Source: Chiloscyllium plagiosum
Lineage: Eukaryota
NCBI RefSeq assembly: GCF_004010195.1
Contig: NC_057758.1
Span: 83,872-147,871 of the forward strand
Direction of reading: 5' to 3'
DNA length: 64,000 nt
In this document: positions 11,343-23,605 of the stretch, piece after piece
How the letters are laid out: the number at the start of each line of letters is the position of its first letter
Numbering within the stretch: position 1 is the first letter of the stretch
Made by a program: the position numbers and the translations under genes
The notes under the pieces: model-generated
What the model was told of the DNA's origin: nothing
Database searches by the model: none
The model's input: the letters and a program-made list of their open reading frames with translations, nothing else

Positions 11343-12636
11343 ATCACGAGGATGTGTCTGACAATAAAAGCATTGCACAACAGGATCAGGAGAAATGGGA
11401 AGGCTGGGGTGGGAATCGTGTAGACGAACGTGGTTGCTACCCAGAATGGTGAAACGTCAGCATACAATCTAGATTAGATTATCTACAGTATGGAAACAGA
11501 CCCTTCGGCCCAACAAGTCCACACCGATCCTCCGAAGAGTAACTCATGTAAATCTATTCTCCTACATTGACCCCTGACTAATGTACCAAACAATATGGGC
11601 AATTTAGCATGGCCAATTAAGCTAACCTGCACATCCGGATTGTAGGAGGAAACCAGAGCACCCCGCAGACACGGGGAGAATGTGCAAGCTCCACACAGTC
11701 ACACAAGGTGGGAATTGAACCTGGGACCCTGGCGCTGTGAGGCAGCAGTGCTAACCACTGAGCCACCGTACCGCCCAGACAAAACCGGGTTTGGTTCACC
11801 AGCACATGCCACTCTGTCAACTTTAAATACCAGAAAATGGTCTTTGAACAGCACAGCACAGTTACTGTACACAGATCCACAGCCACTGTTCCCGCATTTC
11901 AATATGTACTTTTCAGGTTCTGGCAACAGATGGCGACAAATCAGTCAAAGGTGAAAGCGACGGTGAACCAGACTGATCAGTCAGTTGCTGCATGGAGTAT
12001 AACAGTGTGGATGTTACACAGAGGAATGGGCTTCAGGAAATGCAAATTTTCTTTAAAAGTAATTGGAATGTGCCTCAAAGTCAGATCCAGAAGATGACCA
12101 GCATGTCAATTACTGCCATGGCGACCAGGTAATGGGTGATGCACGTCGAGAGACCGCAATTTCCTAAACACAGGATCACTATCGTCACTGGATTAGCTGT
12201 GTGGAAGGAAAACACGCAGGGACATCAGAAATCCCGTCAGACACAAAATAATAGTTTAACTCAGCACCAATTGACAGTATTAAATGTGCCTTCTTGCTTA
12301 GGTTATTATATTCAAATGGTCACACCCAGTACTGATCATGCACTTGGAGACAGCAATGGTCCTGGCAAACATCTATTGAGCATCAGGAAGTTGTAGAAAT
12401 GGGTTTTTGCACTGAACAACCAACTCAGATTTCGAAAAATAAAACATACCAGGGACACCAACAATATCGAGAATTGAATACAAATAAATTTGGGCAACTT
12501 CATGTAGAAATTGAACAGTAATGCAAGTTGGTAACTGATATCCAGAAAAATTGTTAAACAAGAATGGATGTATTTCTGTTGTTGTGACATTCCAATGAAT
12601 TGGCCTTGCATTCCATTTGCTCCCCTCCCTCGGCAT
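10995..12636 (-). pseudogene. GPR139-like GPCR pseudogene, copy 1 (proximal exon 1 at 12636-12450; exon 2 from 12196)
   Basis: Exon 2 starts ANPVTIVILCLGNCGLSTCITHYLVAMA after the acceptor TTCCTTCCACACAG, frameshifts near 12090, and is split by a SINE at 11470-11776. It retains RDPELENRRKSIV and LQLLSCCTTTGIYAVTQ. The upstream exon ends YSILDIVGVP-G|GTATGT. Confidence 0.88.
11470..11776 (-). mobile_element. tRNA-derived SINE (HE1/V-SINE type) inserted in GPCR copy 1 exon 2
   Basis: Minus-strand head GGCGGTACGGTGGCTCAGTGGTTAGCACTGCTGCCTCACAGCGCCAGG...GGTTCAATTCCC (A and B boxes) and a TCTAA tail. Confidence 0.9.
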
Positions 12637-13189
12637 CCATAGCTGACATCACGGCTCGTGGCGGAGGTGATATCCTCACTCATATCCTTACAACTCAGGG
12701 AAAACTCCACTCTCCGCTAATTTAAACCAGCAACAAGGAAATGATTCACTCCCGTGTGGTAATCTCTGTAAGTTCGAGAGGCCATGAACAATTTAAGGTA
12801 AAGACTAACAACTTTATTTCTGAAATTATAACAGAGAATGACTCACTAACAACGATTTACAACTCCTTCCTCGATCCCATCTTTTACTTACCCTTCTACA
12901 TTACAAGTCTGATAAAACCCCCGAGTAAGACTGACCATAAATTCAGATTTCAAAACCAGGCAGCTGTTGAATCTTCCCTTTGTATCTTCGTCTGTAGTTT
13001 ATATTGGATCTTGTTCAGAACACTTAATGCTGTCAGGTAGTTCTGACAGCTTTTAACTTTCCTCAAGGTACAGTATACTTCTATACCTTCATAACGATAT
13101 GCAGAGATAACACTTTGAGGGAAGCTTCCGATAACACAATCAGGGTCGGTGTTGACCTAAGGTCATTGACCATCACGTAGAGTCAACGA

Positions 13190-13950
13190 GACATAGAGAC
13201 ATACAGCACAGAAACAGACCGACAGTCCAACTCAACTATGTCGACCAGACATCCTAACCTAATCTAGTCCTATTTGCCACTCTGCCTCTGAATCCATCCT
13301 ATTCATGTCCCCATCCAGAATGCTGTATTGTGCCTGGCAGCTCATTCTATACAGGCACAGATCTCTGACTGAAAAAAGTTGTCCCTCAGATACCTTTTAA
13401 ATTTTCCCCACTTACTCTCGTCCTATGCCTTCTAGTTCTGGACTCCTAGACGCAAGGGCAAAGACATTGTCAATTTACGCTACCCATGCCGTTATTGACT
13501 GTATTGACCTCATAACGTCACCCCTTAGCCTCTGATGCTCCAGGGAAAACAGCCCCAGCTTATTCAGCTTCTCCCTACAGCTCACTCTAACCTTGGCAAC
13601 AAAACATTGTCAATCTTTTCTGAATACCTTCAAGTTCACAACGTCCTTCCTGTCTCACAGAGACCAGTATTGCACGCAAAATTCCAAAAGTGTCCTAACC
13701 AATTTTCTATAGAGTCGCAACATGACTTGCCAAATCCTATACACAATGCATTGACCAATGAAGGAATGCATAGCATTCACTTTCTTCACTATTCTGTGTA
13801 CCTGCGAATCCTCTTTGAAGGAACTATGAAGCTGCAGTTCAATGTTTCTTTGTTCAGTAATACTCCACAGAACCTTATTAGCACCTCAGATTGACCTGAA
13901 TTAAACTCTGTCTGACACTCCTCAGCCGACTGCACCATCGCAGCCCTAAT
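13190..13950 (-). mobile_element. Degenerate CR1-like LINE 3' fragment
   Basis: Similar to the reverse complement of 56850-57647. Confidence 0.7.
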
Positions 13951-14184
13951 TAAATCCTCTCTCCCTCTCCAACACATCTCCTACGTCAATGTAGTCAAAA
14001 ACAGAGCCAGTGTCGAGTGGTTTAGAGATTTACTGAGTGAAGGGGTAGAATGAATTGTCTAAGGGCCCCATGCAACTGTCCTGCTCTGGTCTCTGAATGA
14101 GGTCGGCTATTTGAAAGCAACGTTTAAGAAAAGAGGGTGGGCTGAGGGGAGAGCATGTTCTGGTGATATTATCATAGCCTCCCA

Positions 14185-14490
14185 ACGGTGTGGAAACAGG
14201 CCATTTAGCCCAACAAATCTACACTAATGAAGAGTAAACTATTTATACATATCCCCCTACGTTTACCCTTGACAATGCTCCAAACATGACAGGCAATTTA
14301 GCATGGCCAATTCACCTAAGCTGCACAGCTTTGAATTGTGGGAGGAAGCTGGAGCACTCGGAGGAAACCCACGCAGTCACAGGCAGAACATGCAACCTCC
14401 ACACAGACAGTCGCCCAGAGGCTGGAATTTTACCCGGCACCCTGGCGCTGTGATGCAGCCGTGATAACCACTGAGCCACCGTGCCGCCCA
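14185..14490 (-). mobile_element. HE1/V-SINE-type SINE
   Basis: Same head and body as 11470-11776. Shared with paralogous positions 30290-30531 and 53350-53660. Confidence 0.85.
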
Positions 14491-14789
14491 CAATTGTCGT
14501 TACATTGTTCAGTCAGAAAGAGAGGCAATGCTCCCAGAACCTGTGTTCGCACCTCTCCATGGCAGATTACGGAGTTTTCATTCAATCAATAAATGACTCC
14601 GGCGATGCCCAGGAAATTGTTGCCAAATGTCACGAATGAATGGTTCCGTCGAAGCCTGGGAGAAAGTGAGGTCTGTAGATGCTGGCAATCAGAGTCGATC
14701 GCGTGGTGCTGGAGAAGCGCAGCAGGTCAGGCAGCATCCGAGGAGCAGGAGAATCGACGTTTCGAGCATAAGCCCTTCATTAGGAAACT

Positions 14790-15675
14790 TTTTGGGCCAC
14801 TGCTGTTTGTCACTTTTAGAAATAACTGCGACATAAGAACAGGTGGATGGGTTAGTAAGTTTGCAGATAAGACGAAAGTCGGTGGACAGTGTGAAAGACT
14901 GTTGCAGGTTGCAGGGAGTCTTGGACCGAATGCAGAATTGGGCTGAGAGGTGGCAAATGGAGTTCAATGTGAGGTGATTCACTTTGGGAAGAATGGAAAG
15001 ATTCTCGGTAGTGTGGATGTGGACAGGGATCTTGGAGTCCATGTACGTAGATCCCTGGAAGTTGCCACCCAGGTTGATAGTGCTGTTAAGAAGGCATACA
15101 GTGTGTTAGGTTTCATTGGTAGAGGGATTGAGTACTGGAGCCGTAACGTCATGCAGCAAATGTACAAACCACTGGTGCGGCCGCACATGGAATATTGTGT
15201 GCAATTCTGTTCGCCCCATTACAGGAAGCATATGGAAACAGTGGAAAAGGTGCAAGGGAGATTTACCAGGATGTTGCCTGGTCTGGAGGGAAGGTCTCAT
15301 GAGGAAAGGCTGAGAGAATTGAGTCTGTTCTCATTGGAAAGAAGCAGGCTAAGAGGGGATTTGATAGAGGCATACAAGATGATCAGAGGATTAGATAGGG
15401 TGGACAGTGAAAGTCTTGTTCCCAGGATGATGATATTAGCCTGTACGAGGGTTCAGAGCTACAAATTGAGGGGTGATAGAGGGGTCAACGGCAGGTTCTT
15501 TACTCAGAGAGAGGTAAGGGCGTGGAATGCCCTGACTGCCAATGTAGATAATACAGTGACACTAGGGAGTATTAAACATGGCTGAGGATGGAATAGTGTA
15601 CGGGGATGGGCGTAGATTCGTTCACATCGAAAGCTGAAGGACCAGTTCGGTGCTGCATTTTTCTATGTTCTATGT
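14790..15675 (+). mobile_element. CR1-like LINE ORF2 C-terminal fragment
   Basis: SKFADKTKVGG, and ORF 14950..15585 with RDLGVHV...YKPLVRPHMEYCVQF...LFSLERSRLRGDLIEAYK. Confidence 0.9.
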
Positions 15676-16317
15676 CTAAGCCTGGTATGACACCACTCAG
15701 TGAAGATCCCAAATGGTGACAATTCTGGTCCACCAGCTCCCTTGCCGTTTTTGAGCAAAGACGGTTGTGACTTATTGGCAGGTTCTGAATCATTCAGTCT
15801 ATGGTTCCAAATTTGGAACCGGAGGGAATTATTTCAGAATAAGGGGTCGCCCATTGCAGACAGTGATGAGGAGGAATTTCTTCTCTCTGAGAGGAGTGAA
15901 TCTATGGGATTCTTGACCGCAAAGGGGTGCTGTGGCTGGGTTATTCAGTATGTTCAAGGCTGAGAGAGAGAGAGAGAGAGATCATTTTATTTCTAATCTG
16001 GCTTGAAAATCAGAGATAGTGTAAGAAAGTGGAGTTGAGAACGATTGGATGAGAAATGAACTCATTGAACGGCAGAAGAGTTTCAATTGGCAGAATGGTT
16101 TCCTCCTGCTGCTCCGTCTAACTGAGTTGTGATTGAACACGCTGCCGGGAGTTGACAGGTAGAGTTGGGGCATGTGTGGATCCCGCTTCGCCATGGCACG
16201 ACAGTCTTGCTGGACTCCGTTATGTTCAGTCCATTGCCATTGTCACACAGCAGACATGTCAATAGCGCAGAGCTCTGTGCAGTCAGACACAGCTAATGGT
16301 ACTTAAAACTTACTCAC

Positions 16318-16399
16318 CAGGTACAGCGAAGAGCAGGTAGTAGATCTGCCCGATCCTGAGGAGGACACGATACATCTCCAATTCAACACTTATTCCCAC
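16318..16399 (-). pseudogene. Distal first exon of GPCR copy 1, decayed (ATG to GTG, in-frame deletions)
   Basis: Translates (V)GISVELEMYRVLLRIGQIYYLLFAVP-G|GTGAGT and is paralogous to the intact exon at 31244-31148. Confidence 0.75.
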
Positions 16400-18538
16400 T
16401 TTCACGCTGCACCTTAAGATTTTATGTTCTCAGATTCCAATTCCTCCTCTCTGCCCTCTCTCTCTACCTCTTTCTCTGTCTTTCTGTCTGTCAGTCTGAC
16501 TTTCTCCTCACCTCTCTTTCTGTCCCTTCATCTCTCTCACTCTGTCTCTCTCCCTCTGTCTCACGTTCTCTGTCTATCTCCCTCTCCCTGTGTCTCTCTC
16601 TCTATTACAGTACATGATGCTGGGACTGACAGACTGTGCCGTGTTAAGCTCATATCAGAACACTTCAACACATGTTTTACATTTCTCCGTGGATATGTTG
16701 GTGAGTTGTCACTGTCACTTACAAATGGAACACATTGGTATTACGTAGCAGCCTCCTGTGCGTCACCATGTCAAAGACCTTATGGAAATCTGAATACATC
16801 ACGTCAACTGGCTCACATTTGTCTAACTCTCAAGAATCTCAACACTGTCCAGGACAAAGCAGCTCCCTCTATCGACATGCTCACGTGTCCCTTCATCTCT
16901 CAATCCAAAACATCACCATTTATCAGTGTTTACCATCTGTGAGGTGCAATGCAGAAATTCACAAAGGGTCTTGAGACAGCACCTTCTAAACTGATGAGAT
17001 GACCACCTTTAATGGCAATTCGAGCAGATATATGGGAACACCAGCCTCTACAAATTACCTTCCAATTCACTTGCTATCATGACTTGGAAATAGCTCGATT
17101 ATGCCTTCACTGTCACTTGGTCAAAATCATGGAGCTCCCTTCCTAACGGCACTGAGTGGCTCACCCCTCCATTCAGAAGGCACTGCAGTGGTTGGAGAAA
17201 GCAGATCACTACCACTGTTCTTGGAGGGTGAATGCTCAGGGTGCTCCGCATAGTCAGAGTGTACGCACTGAGGGGGCTTGGCACTGTCGGAGGGTCAGTG
17301 CTGAGGGAGCTCTGTAGTGTTTGAGAGTCAGTGCTGAGGGAGCTCTGCACTGTCAAACCAGGATTGTTGAGGACGCCCCACAGTGCGTGGACTCCGCACC
17401 ATCAGAATGCTAATACTGAGGGAGAACGCCGCAATTTTGGAGGGTTAGTGCTGAGGAAGGGAGAGAGGAACGGAGAGAATGGAGAGAAGCAACAGAGAGA
17501 CAGATAGAGCGGGAGCGAGATAGGACAGAGGAAGAGAGAGAAAGGGAGACAGAGAGACTGAAGCGGAGAAAAAGAGAGATTTCGGGAGAAATAAAGAGAA
17601 GTAAAAAGAGGGAGGGAGTGTCAGAGAGAGAGAGAAGTGGAGAGACAGAGACGTAGATGAAGAGACACAGAAATTGAGCGTGTCAGAGACAAGTAGTGAC
17701 AGAAGGAGGCCATCTGGGTTGTGCGTTTTTTGAACTGGTCCTCCTGGGAGCAGATGCGGCGGAGTCGAAGGAATTGGCAGAAAGCAGTGACAGAAATAGG
17801 ACTGGGTCCTTTGGTCCATTATATTTTTTGAGTTTAAAAACAATTTAGTGCCCTGTAAATCCCGCCTGAGAGTATCTGTGGTCTCCCAGCACCAAATGGA
17901 CTGTCACGATACAGGCAGTCAGCTCGCCATCACATTATCAGGGAATGGTCTGACCAGAAACACAAACATCCCATCAAGGATTAAATAACGGTAATCACGC
18001 GTTTCCAGTTTCCAATCACAAAGCATCCCTAAAATTACAGATGAAGGAACTTGAACATGAAATTTCAGACCGATGGGATCAGTCGTGATTTCTGTCGTGA
18101 TTGTCTGTAGTCAGCAATGAGGAAACATCTCCCTGAAGCTTTGTCGAGGTCACTTTTCGCGTCTACACAAATCACTCTGCCCCCTTCTTCAATGTCAACA
18201 TTTCTCTAGTTATTTGTCCGACTTCATGTTTCCCCTTTCTGTGTTTTTGCTCATTTCCCCAGTTTCAGATGCTAACAATATTCCAGTGCAGGGAACTCCA
18301 AAGCATTCATCAGGAGAGTCTCCTGGAATCCACGTTCTTCCCTTCCTCTGAATAGGATGCAATCAGTAAATAGCCCTTTTCATCGGTGCCACCTCTTGGC
18401 CTTCATAGCCCTATCATCTTCTAAAAGAGGTTTCACGGTTCTCACTCTGTGGTGGTCTTTTCACAAGAAATTTCACCATCCAATCTTCATCACGATCGTT
18501 AGATTCACACACGCAGAGCTTTGGTCCGTTCATTTCTA

Positions 18539-19066
18539 TTAGATTAGATTACTTACAGTGTGGAAACAGGCCCTTCGGCCCAACAAGTCCACACAGACCC
18601 GCCGAAGCATAACCCACCCATTCCTGGGCATTTGCACCTTTACCTAACACTACGGGCAATTTAGCATGGCCAATTCACCTGACCTGCACATCTTTGGACA
18701 GTGGGAGGAAACCGGAGCACCCGGAAGAAACCCACGCAGACACGGGGAGAATGTGCAAACTCCACATAGTCAGTCTGAGTCGGGAATTGAACCCGGGTCT
18801 CTGGCGCTGTGAGGTAGCAGTGCTAACCACTGTGCCACCGTGCCGCCCACTCACCTAACATTACGGGCTATCCAGCATGGCCAACTCACCTAACCTGCAC
18901 ATTTTTTTGGATTGTGGGAGGAAACCTGAGCACCCAGAAGAAACCCATGCAGACATGGGGAGAATGTGCAGACTCCACAGAGACAGTTGCCCGAGGCGGG
19001 AACTGAACCCCTGTCTCTGGCGCTGTGAGGCTGCAGTGCTAATCACTGTGCCGCCGTGCCGCCCAC
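18539..19066 (-). mobile_element. Two adjacent HE1/V-SINE-type SINEs (18539-18849 full length; about 18852-19066 partial)
   Basis: Two tRNA-like heads end at about 18849 and 19066, with a TCTAA tail at 18539-18550. Both are absent from the paralogous site near 60390. Confidence 0.9.
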
Positions 19067-19949
19067 ACACCTGCTAACTAACACCTGCTTCTCCAATTCT
19101 TTCTCTCGAGGAGAGTACGGTTTCAACCTGTTGACACGACGCACTCGATACCATTGTGAGCCAAAATCCTGTTCTCATTCGAAAACGAATGATTGAACCC
19201 TGCCCCTCCCAGACGTCTCGTTTGAAGTTGTCCCTCCACCACCTGCCCAGGTCAACTCAATCCACGCCCCAACTAACTATTTGCATAGCCATAGATATTC
19301 TCTGTCTTTCTGTTTCTTGCACCTCTCATTTTCTCCCCTTGTGTCTCGACCGAACAAGTAGCTTTTTTTTCCAGGCCTTACCTTTCCAATCGTCCCTGTC
19401 AGGAAAAATGAGGGCAATCGATGGGCGAGACGGGAATAATCCTTTCCCTTCCTCGGTTTGATTTGATTTGTTATGGTCACGTGTACCGAGATACAGTGAA
19501 AAGTATTGCTATCCAGGAATTGAATTGAATTGAACTTATTGTCACGTGTCCTGAGCCACAGTGAAAAGCTTTGTCTTGTGAGTAATACAGTCGGATCACA
19601 TTGTTAAGTAGCATAAATAAGAAAGTAATAGGGAAACAGCGGCAAAAACAAAAGAAAACTGCACAGGTACAGGCGAATATTAAGATTTTGTGAATCCATT
19701 CAGTATTCTAACAACAGCAGGGTAGAAACTGTTAGGAAACCGTACCATACATAAGCACACCAGGGTAATTGAAGAGGATGAAGAATACAGTTTCTCACCA
19801 GTTCCAGATTCCCATTACCTTCTCGGTGACAATGCTGCACCTCACATCCTGCTGTAAAGCACCTGCTCCTATCCTTAAGTCTACAATCCCTTCCCGAATC
19901 ATTTACATTTTGTTCCAGCTACAGAAAAGTGGCAGAGAAAGATCGACTT

Positions 19950-20335
19950 CCATATTTGAGGAGTCCGTTTGTAAGTCTGATAACAGCGGGGAAGAAGCTG
20001 CACTTGAATCTGTCCGAACTTATATCTGTTTGTACCTTCTTCCTGATGGAAGAGGGTGGAAGGCAGAATAACCGAGGTTGGAGGGGACTTGATGATACTG
20101 GCCACCTTCCTGAAGCAACCAGCTGTGCAGATGGAGTCAACGGATGGAAGTTTGGTTTTCACGATGGACTGGGCTGTTGTATAAAACCTTTCAGAATGTC
20201 TTGCAGTTGCTGAGATGCATCCTAATGGGATGTTTTCTGCAATACATCAACAAAAACATGTCAGTGGAATTGTTATCGTGGTGAACTTCCTTAGCCTCCT
20301 GATGAAGCAGAGACAGGTAGGGTTAGGGGCTTCCC
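19950..20335 (-). mobile_element. Rex1/Babar-like LINE C-terminal fragment (further copies at about 20776-21140, 37590-37980, 61190-61580)
   Basis: Minus-strand translations LCFIRRLRKF...CTAESIPSGCI and KLPSVDSI...RKAASIIK resemble the recalled Rex1/Babar ORF C-terminus (RLYFLRRLRKF...CTIESILSGCI). Confidence 0.6.
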
Positions 20336-21908
20336 TGATCAATGACCCGAGGGAAGTGGGTATATATTTAAGACAAAGGGGCAGGAGGTTTAGAGGGGGA
20401 TGTGAGGAAGAGCGTTTCCTCCCAGACGGTTGGGGGCAGTGGGGGGAGGGAATCACGAACAGGTTGCCTGTAAGTTTGGCAGAGTGCAGAAACCCTCATC
20501 ACACTTTTGCGTCACCAGAGTAGACATGCTGTTGGAACAATTGCTGTGGGATGTGCAGGGTGACCTCTTGATGGGCTGAAGGGTCTTTCGCTGTGCATAG
20601 ATCTCTGTGCCTACCCATCCGTGCGTTCTCGGCTCAATCCGATAGTGTGATGATAGAATGTGTGCACAACACCCCAGCAGGGGTATATCCAGTCTGGTAG
20701 CGAGATTTGGCGCGCACGTTTGGCGCGTTCGCTCTATCACCTCCCTGCACCCTTTCCCTATGGGTAAGGAGATTCCATATTTGAGGAGTCCGTTTGTAAG
20801 TCTGATAACAGCGGCGAAGAACCTGCACTTGAATCTGTCCGAACTATCTGTTTGCACCTTCTGCCTGATGGAAGGCAGAATAACCGAGGTTGGAGGGGAC
20901 TTGATGATACTGGCCGCCTTTCTGAAGCAACCAGTTGTGCAGATGGATGGAAGTTTGGTTTTCACGATGGAATTGGCTGTTGAATAAAACCTTTCAGAAT
21001 GTCTTGCAGTTGCTGGGATGCATCCTAATGGGATGTTTTCTGCAATACATCAACAAAAACAGGCCAGTGGAATTGTTATCGTGGTGAATCTCCTTAGCGT
21101 CCTGATGAAGCAGAGACAGGTAGGGTTAGGGGCTTCCCTGATGGATGGATCAATGACCCAGAGGAGGTGGGTGTATATTTAAGACACAGGGCAGGAGGTT
21201 TAGAGAGGGATGTGAGCAAAGTCGTGTTCACCCAGACAGTGGGGGAAATCAGGAACCGCTAACCTGTAAGGTTGGCAGAGTGCGGAAACCATCATCACAC
21301 TGAAGGGCTGGTGATAATCTTGCAACACCAAAGTAGATATGCTATTGGGTTAATTGCTGGGAATTGCTGTGGTGTATGCAAGGGCGAACGTTTGATGGGC
21401 TGAAGGGTCTTTTGCTATGTATAGATCTCTGTGCCTAGCCATTCGTGCGCTGTCTCCACTGTGCTCGAATCCATCCGATGGTTTGATGATGGGAATTGTG
21501 CACAGTACCGCAGCCGGGTCACATCCAGTCTGGTAGCTTCTTGTGCTTTCACTCCATCATCCTCCTGCTCCCTTTCCCTGTGGGTGAGAAGATTCGATTC
21601 CCATCTCCAAATAAAGAAGACGGGAGGATGATTGAGGCCATTTTATCCCCACAATCCAGTTCTGCCATTGAATAGGATCATGGTTCAACTCATTCCCCGT
21701 TCCTTGTTTTCTCCCCTGTGCCCTTTAGACCCAAGAATGATGCATTTCCCCCTCTAGAAAATATTTAATGTTTTCACCTCGACAGCTTTCAGTGGCACAG
21801 AGTTCCACATGGTTGCCCAGTCTCTGAGTCAAGACCATTCGCCTCATCTCAGTTCTCCCCCATTGCTTTCTGTCTATGAACGTCTGATTCTGGACTATCC
21901 ACCTGAAT

Positions 21909-22029
21909 AGGAGAAAGTGAGGATTGCAGATGCATTCCTGAAGAAGGGCGTATGCCCGAAACGTCGATTCTCCTGTTCCTTTGATGCTGCCTGACCTGCT
22001 GCGCTTTTCCAGCAACACATTTTTCAGCT
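21909..22029 (+). mobile_element. 121-bp Penelope-type insertion flanked by the 14-bp direct repeat CTATCCACCTGAAT
   Basis: Direct repeats at 21895-21908 and 22030-22043. The insert is absent at the paralogous sites near 38745 and 62580. Confidence 0.8.
21934..21969 (+). ncRNA. Minimal type-I hammerhead ribozyme motif
   Basis: ATTC-CTGAAGA-A-GGGC-GTAT-GCCC-GAAA-CG-TC-GATT: CUGANGA and GAAA core, a 4-bp stem II, palindromic ACGU at stem III, and a predicted cut after C21965. Stem I is short and imperfect. Confidence 0.6.
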
Positions 22030-23076
22030 CTATCCACCTGAATCCCCTGCATTTACCACTGTTAGAATTGCTTCGATTTCTGCCGGATCCCCCCTTCTAA
22101 TTCGTCAACATTCCCAGGGAATATTATCTTCTCTGATTCAGTCCCTCTTCAGATGTCAGTCCAGATATCAGTCTGGGAAACTTTCGCTGCTCTGCCTCTT
22201 TTTCCAGAACTATCTTCCTCAGATGAGGAAACTCCAAAACCGCACACACGATACCAGAGGGGTGCTTTCACCCTGTAAAATTGCAGGAAGACCTCCTTGC
22301 TCCAAAACTACAGTCCTCTCAGGAGTAAAGTCCAAATCCCATTTACTTTCCTCACATCTCACTGGATCAGGGAATGTTGCGTAAGGGCACTCCTGGATTA
22401 TTTCAATGTCCCCACTCCCCCAGTGTATCATGATTCAGTAAGTGACAATCTCAATTCAGGTTAATATCCATTTTCAAGATCACCATCATTGACACGAGTT
22501 CCCAGCTTCACAGCTTATCAATAGGACTTCAATTCTCCGAGATGTGGGGATAAGAATTCCAAACCACGGCACCAAAGCATTAGCCTCTTTCTCCGGTATT
22601 ACACTGAAGTGTTGTTACCCCTCAGGTCCTGTCTCCCGAGCTATGTTTCAAAGAGAAGGGATGCCAGGAGGTAGTGACGGCTTTAGACCGAGCGCGCCAT
22701 CAAGGAGCCCGAGCAAAACTGGAATCAATGTGCATCCGGGGCCAAATTCTCCGGTGGCTGGAGTCACTCCTTGCACAGAGGAACATGCACATTTGCTAGA
22801 AATGACACATTTGCTAGAAATGTGTCATTTCAGCTCCTGCACATCTCTGCAGGAGTTCTTCAAGGTAATGTCCTGGGGCTAACCATATTTTCCTGCTTCA
22901 TCGATGAACTTCCCTCATTAAAAAAAGTCACAAGTGGAGATGTTCGCTGACGATTGTACAGTGCTCATCACCATTCATTACACCTTAGATACTGAGCTGA
23001 AAATGTGTTGCTGGAAAAGCGCAGCAGGTCAGGCAGCATCCAGGGAACAGGAGAATCGACGTTTCGGGCATAAGCC

Positions 23077-23147
23077 NNNNNNNNNNNNNNNNNNNNNNNN
23101 NNNNNNNNNNNNNNNNNNNNNNNNNNNNNNNNNNNNNNNNNNNNNNN
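23077..23147. other. Assembly gap (N)
   Basis: Run of N. Confidence 1.
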
Positions 23148-23605
23148 CCTAACCAATGTCCTGTACAGCCGCAACATGACCTCCCCACTCCTGTACTCAA
23201 TACTCTGACCAATAAAGGAAAGCATACCAAACGCTTCTTCACTATCCTATCTACCTGTGACTCCACTTTCAAGGAGCTATGAACCTGCATTCCAAGGTCT
23301 CTTTGTTCAGTAACCCTTAAGGACCTTACCATTAAGTGCGTAAGTCCTGCTAAGATTTGCTTCCCAAAATGCAGCATCTCGCATTGATCGGAATTAAACT
23401 CCATCTGCTACTTCTCAGCACATTGGCCCATCTGGTCCAGATCCTGTTGTAATCTGATGTAACCCTCTTCGCTCTCCACTACACCTCCAATTTTGATGTC
23501 ATCTGCGAACTTACTAACTGTACCTCTTATGCTCGCATCCAAATCATTTATGTAACTGACAAAACATAGAGGACCCAGCACCGATCCTTGTGGCACTCCA
23601 CTGGT
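23148..23605 (-). mobile_element. CR1-like LINE RT fragment
   Basis: [23 protein letters not shown]...SKFADDIKIGG and MEFNSDQCEMLHFGK. Confidence 0.9.

Noticed and set aside
18770..18850. tRNA genes at SINE heads
   Set aside because: The A and B boxes continue into the SINE body and TCTAA tail in many copies, so they are not stand-alone tRNAs.
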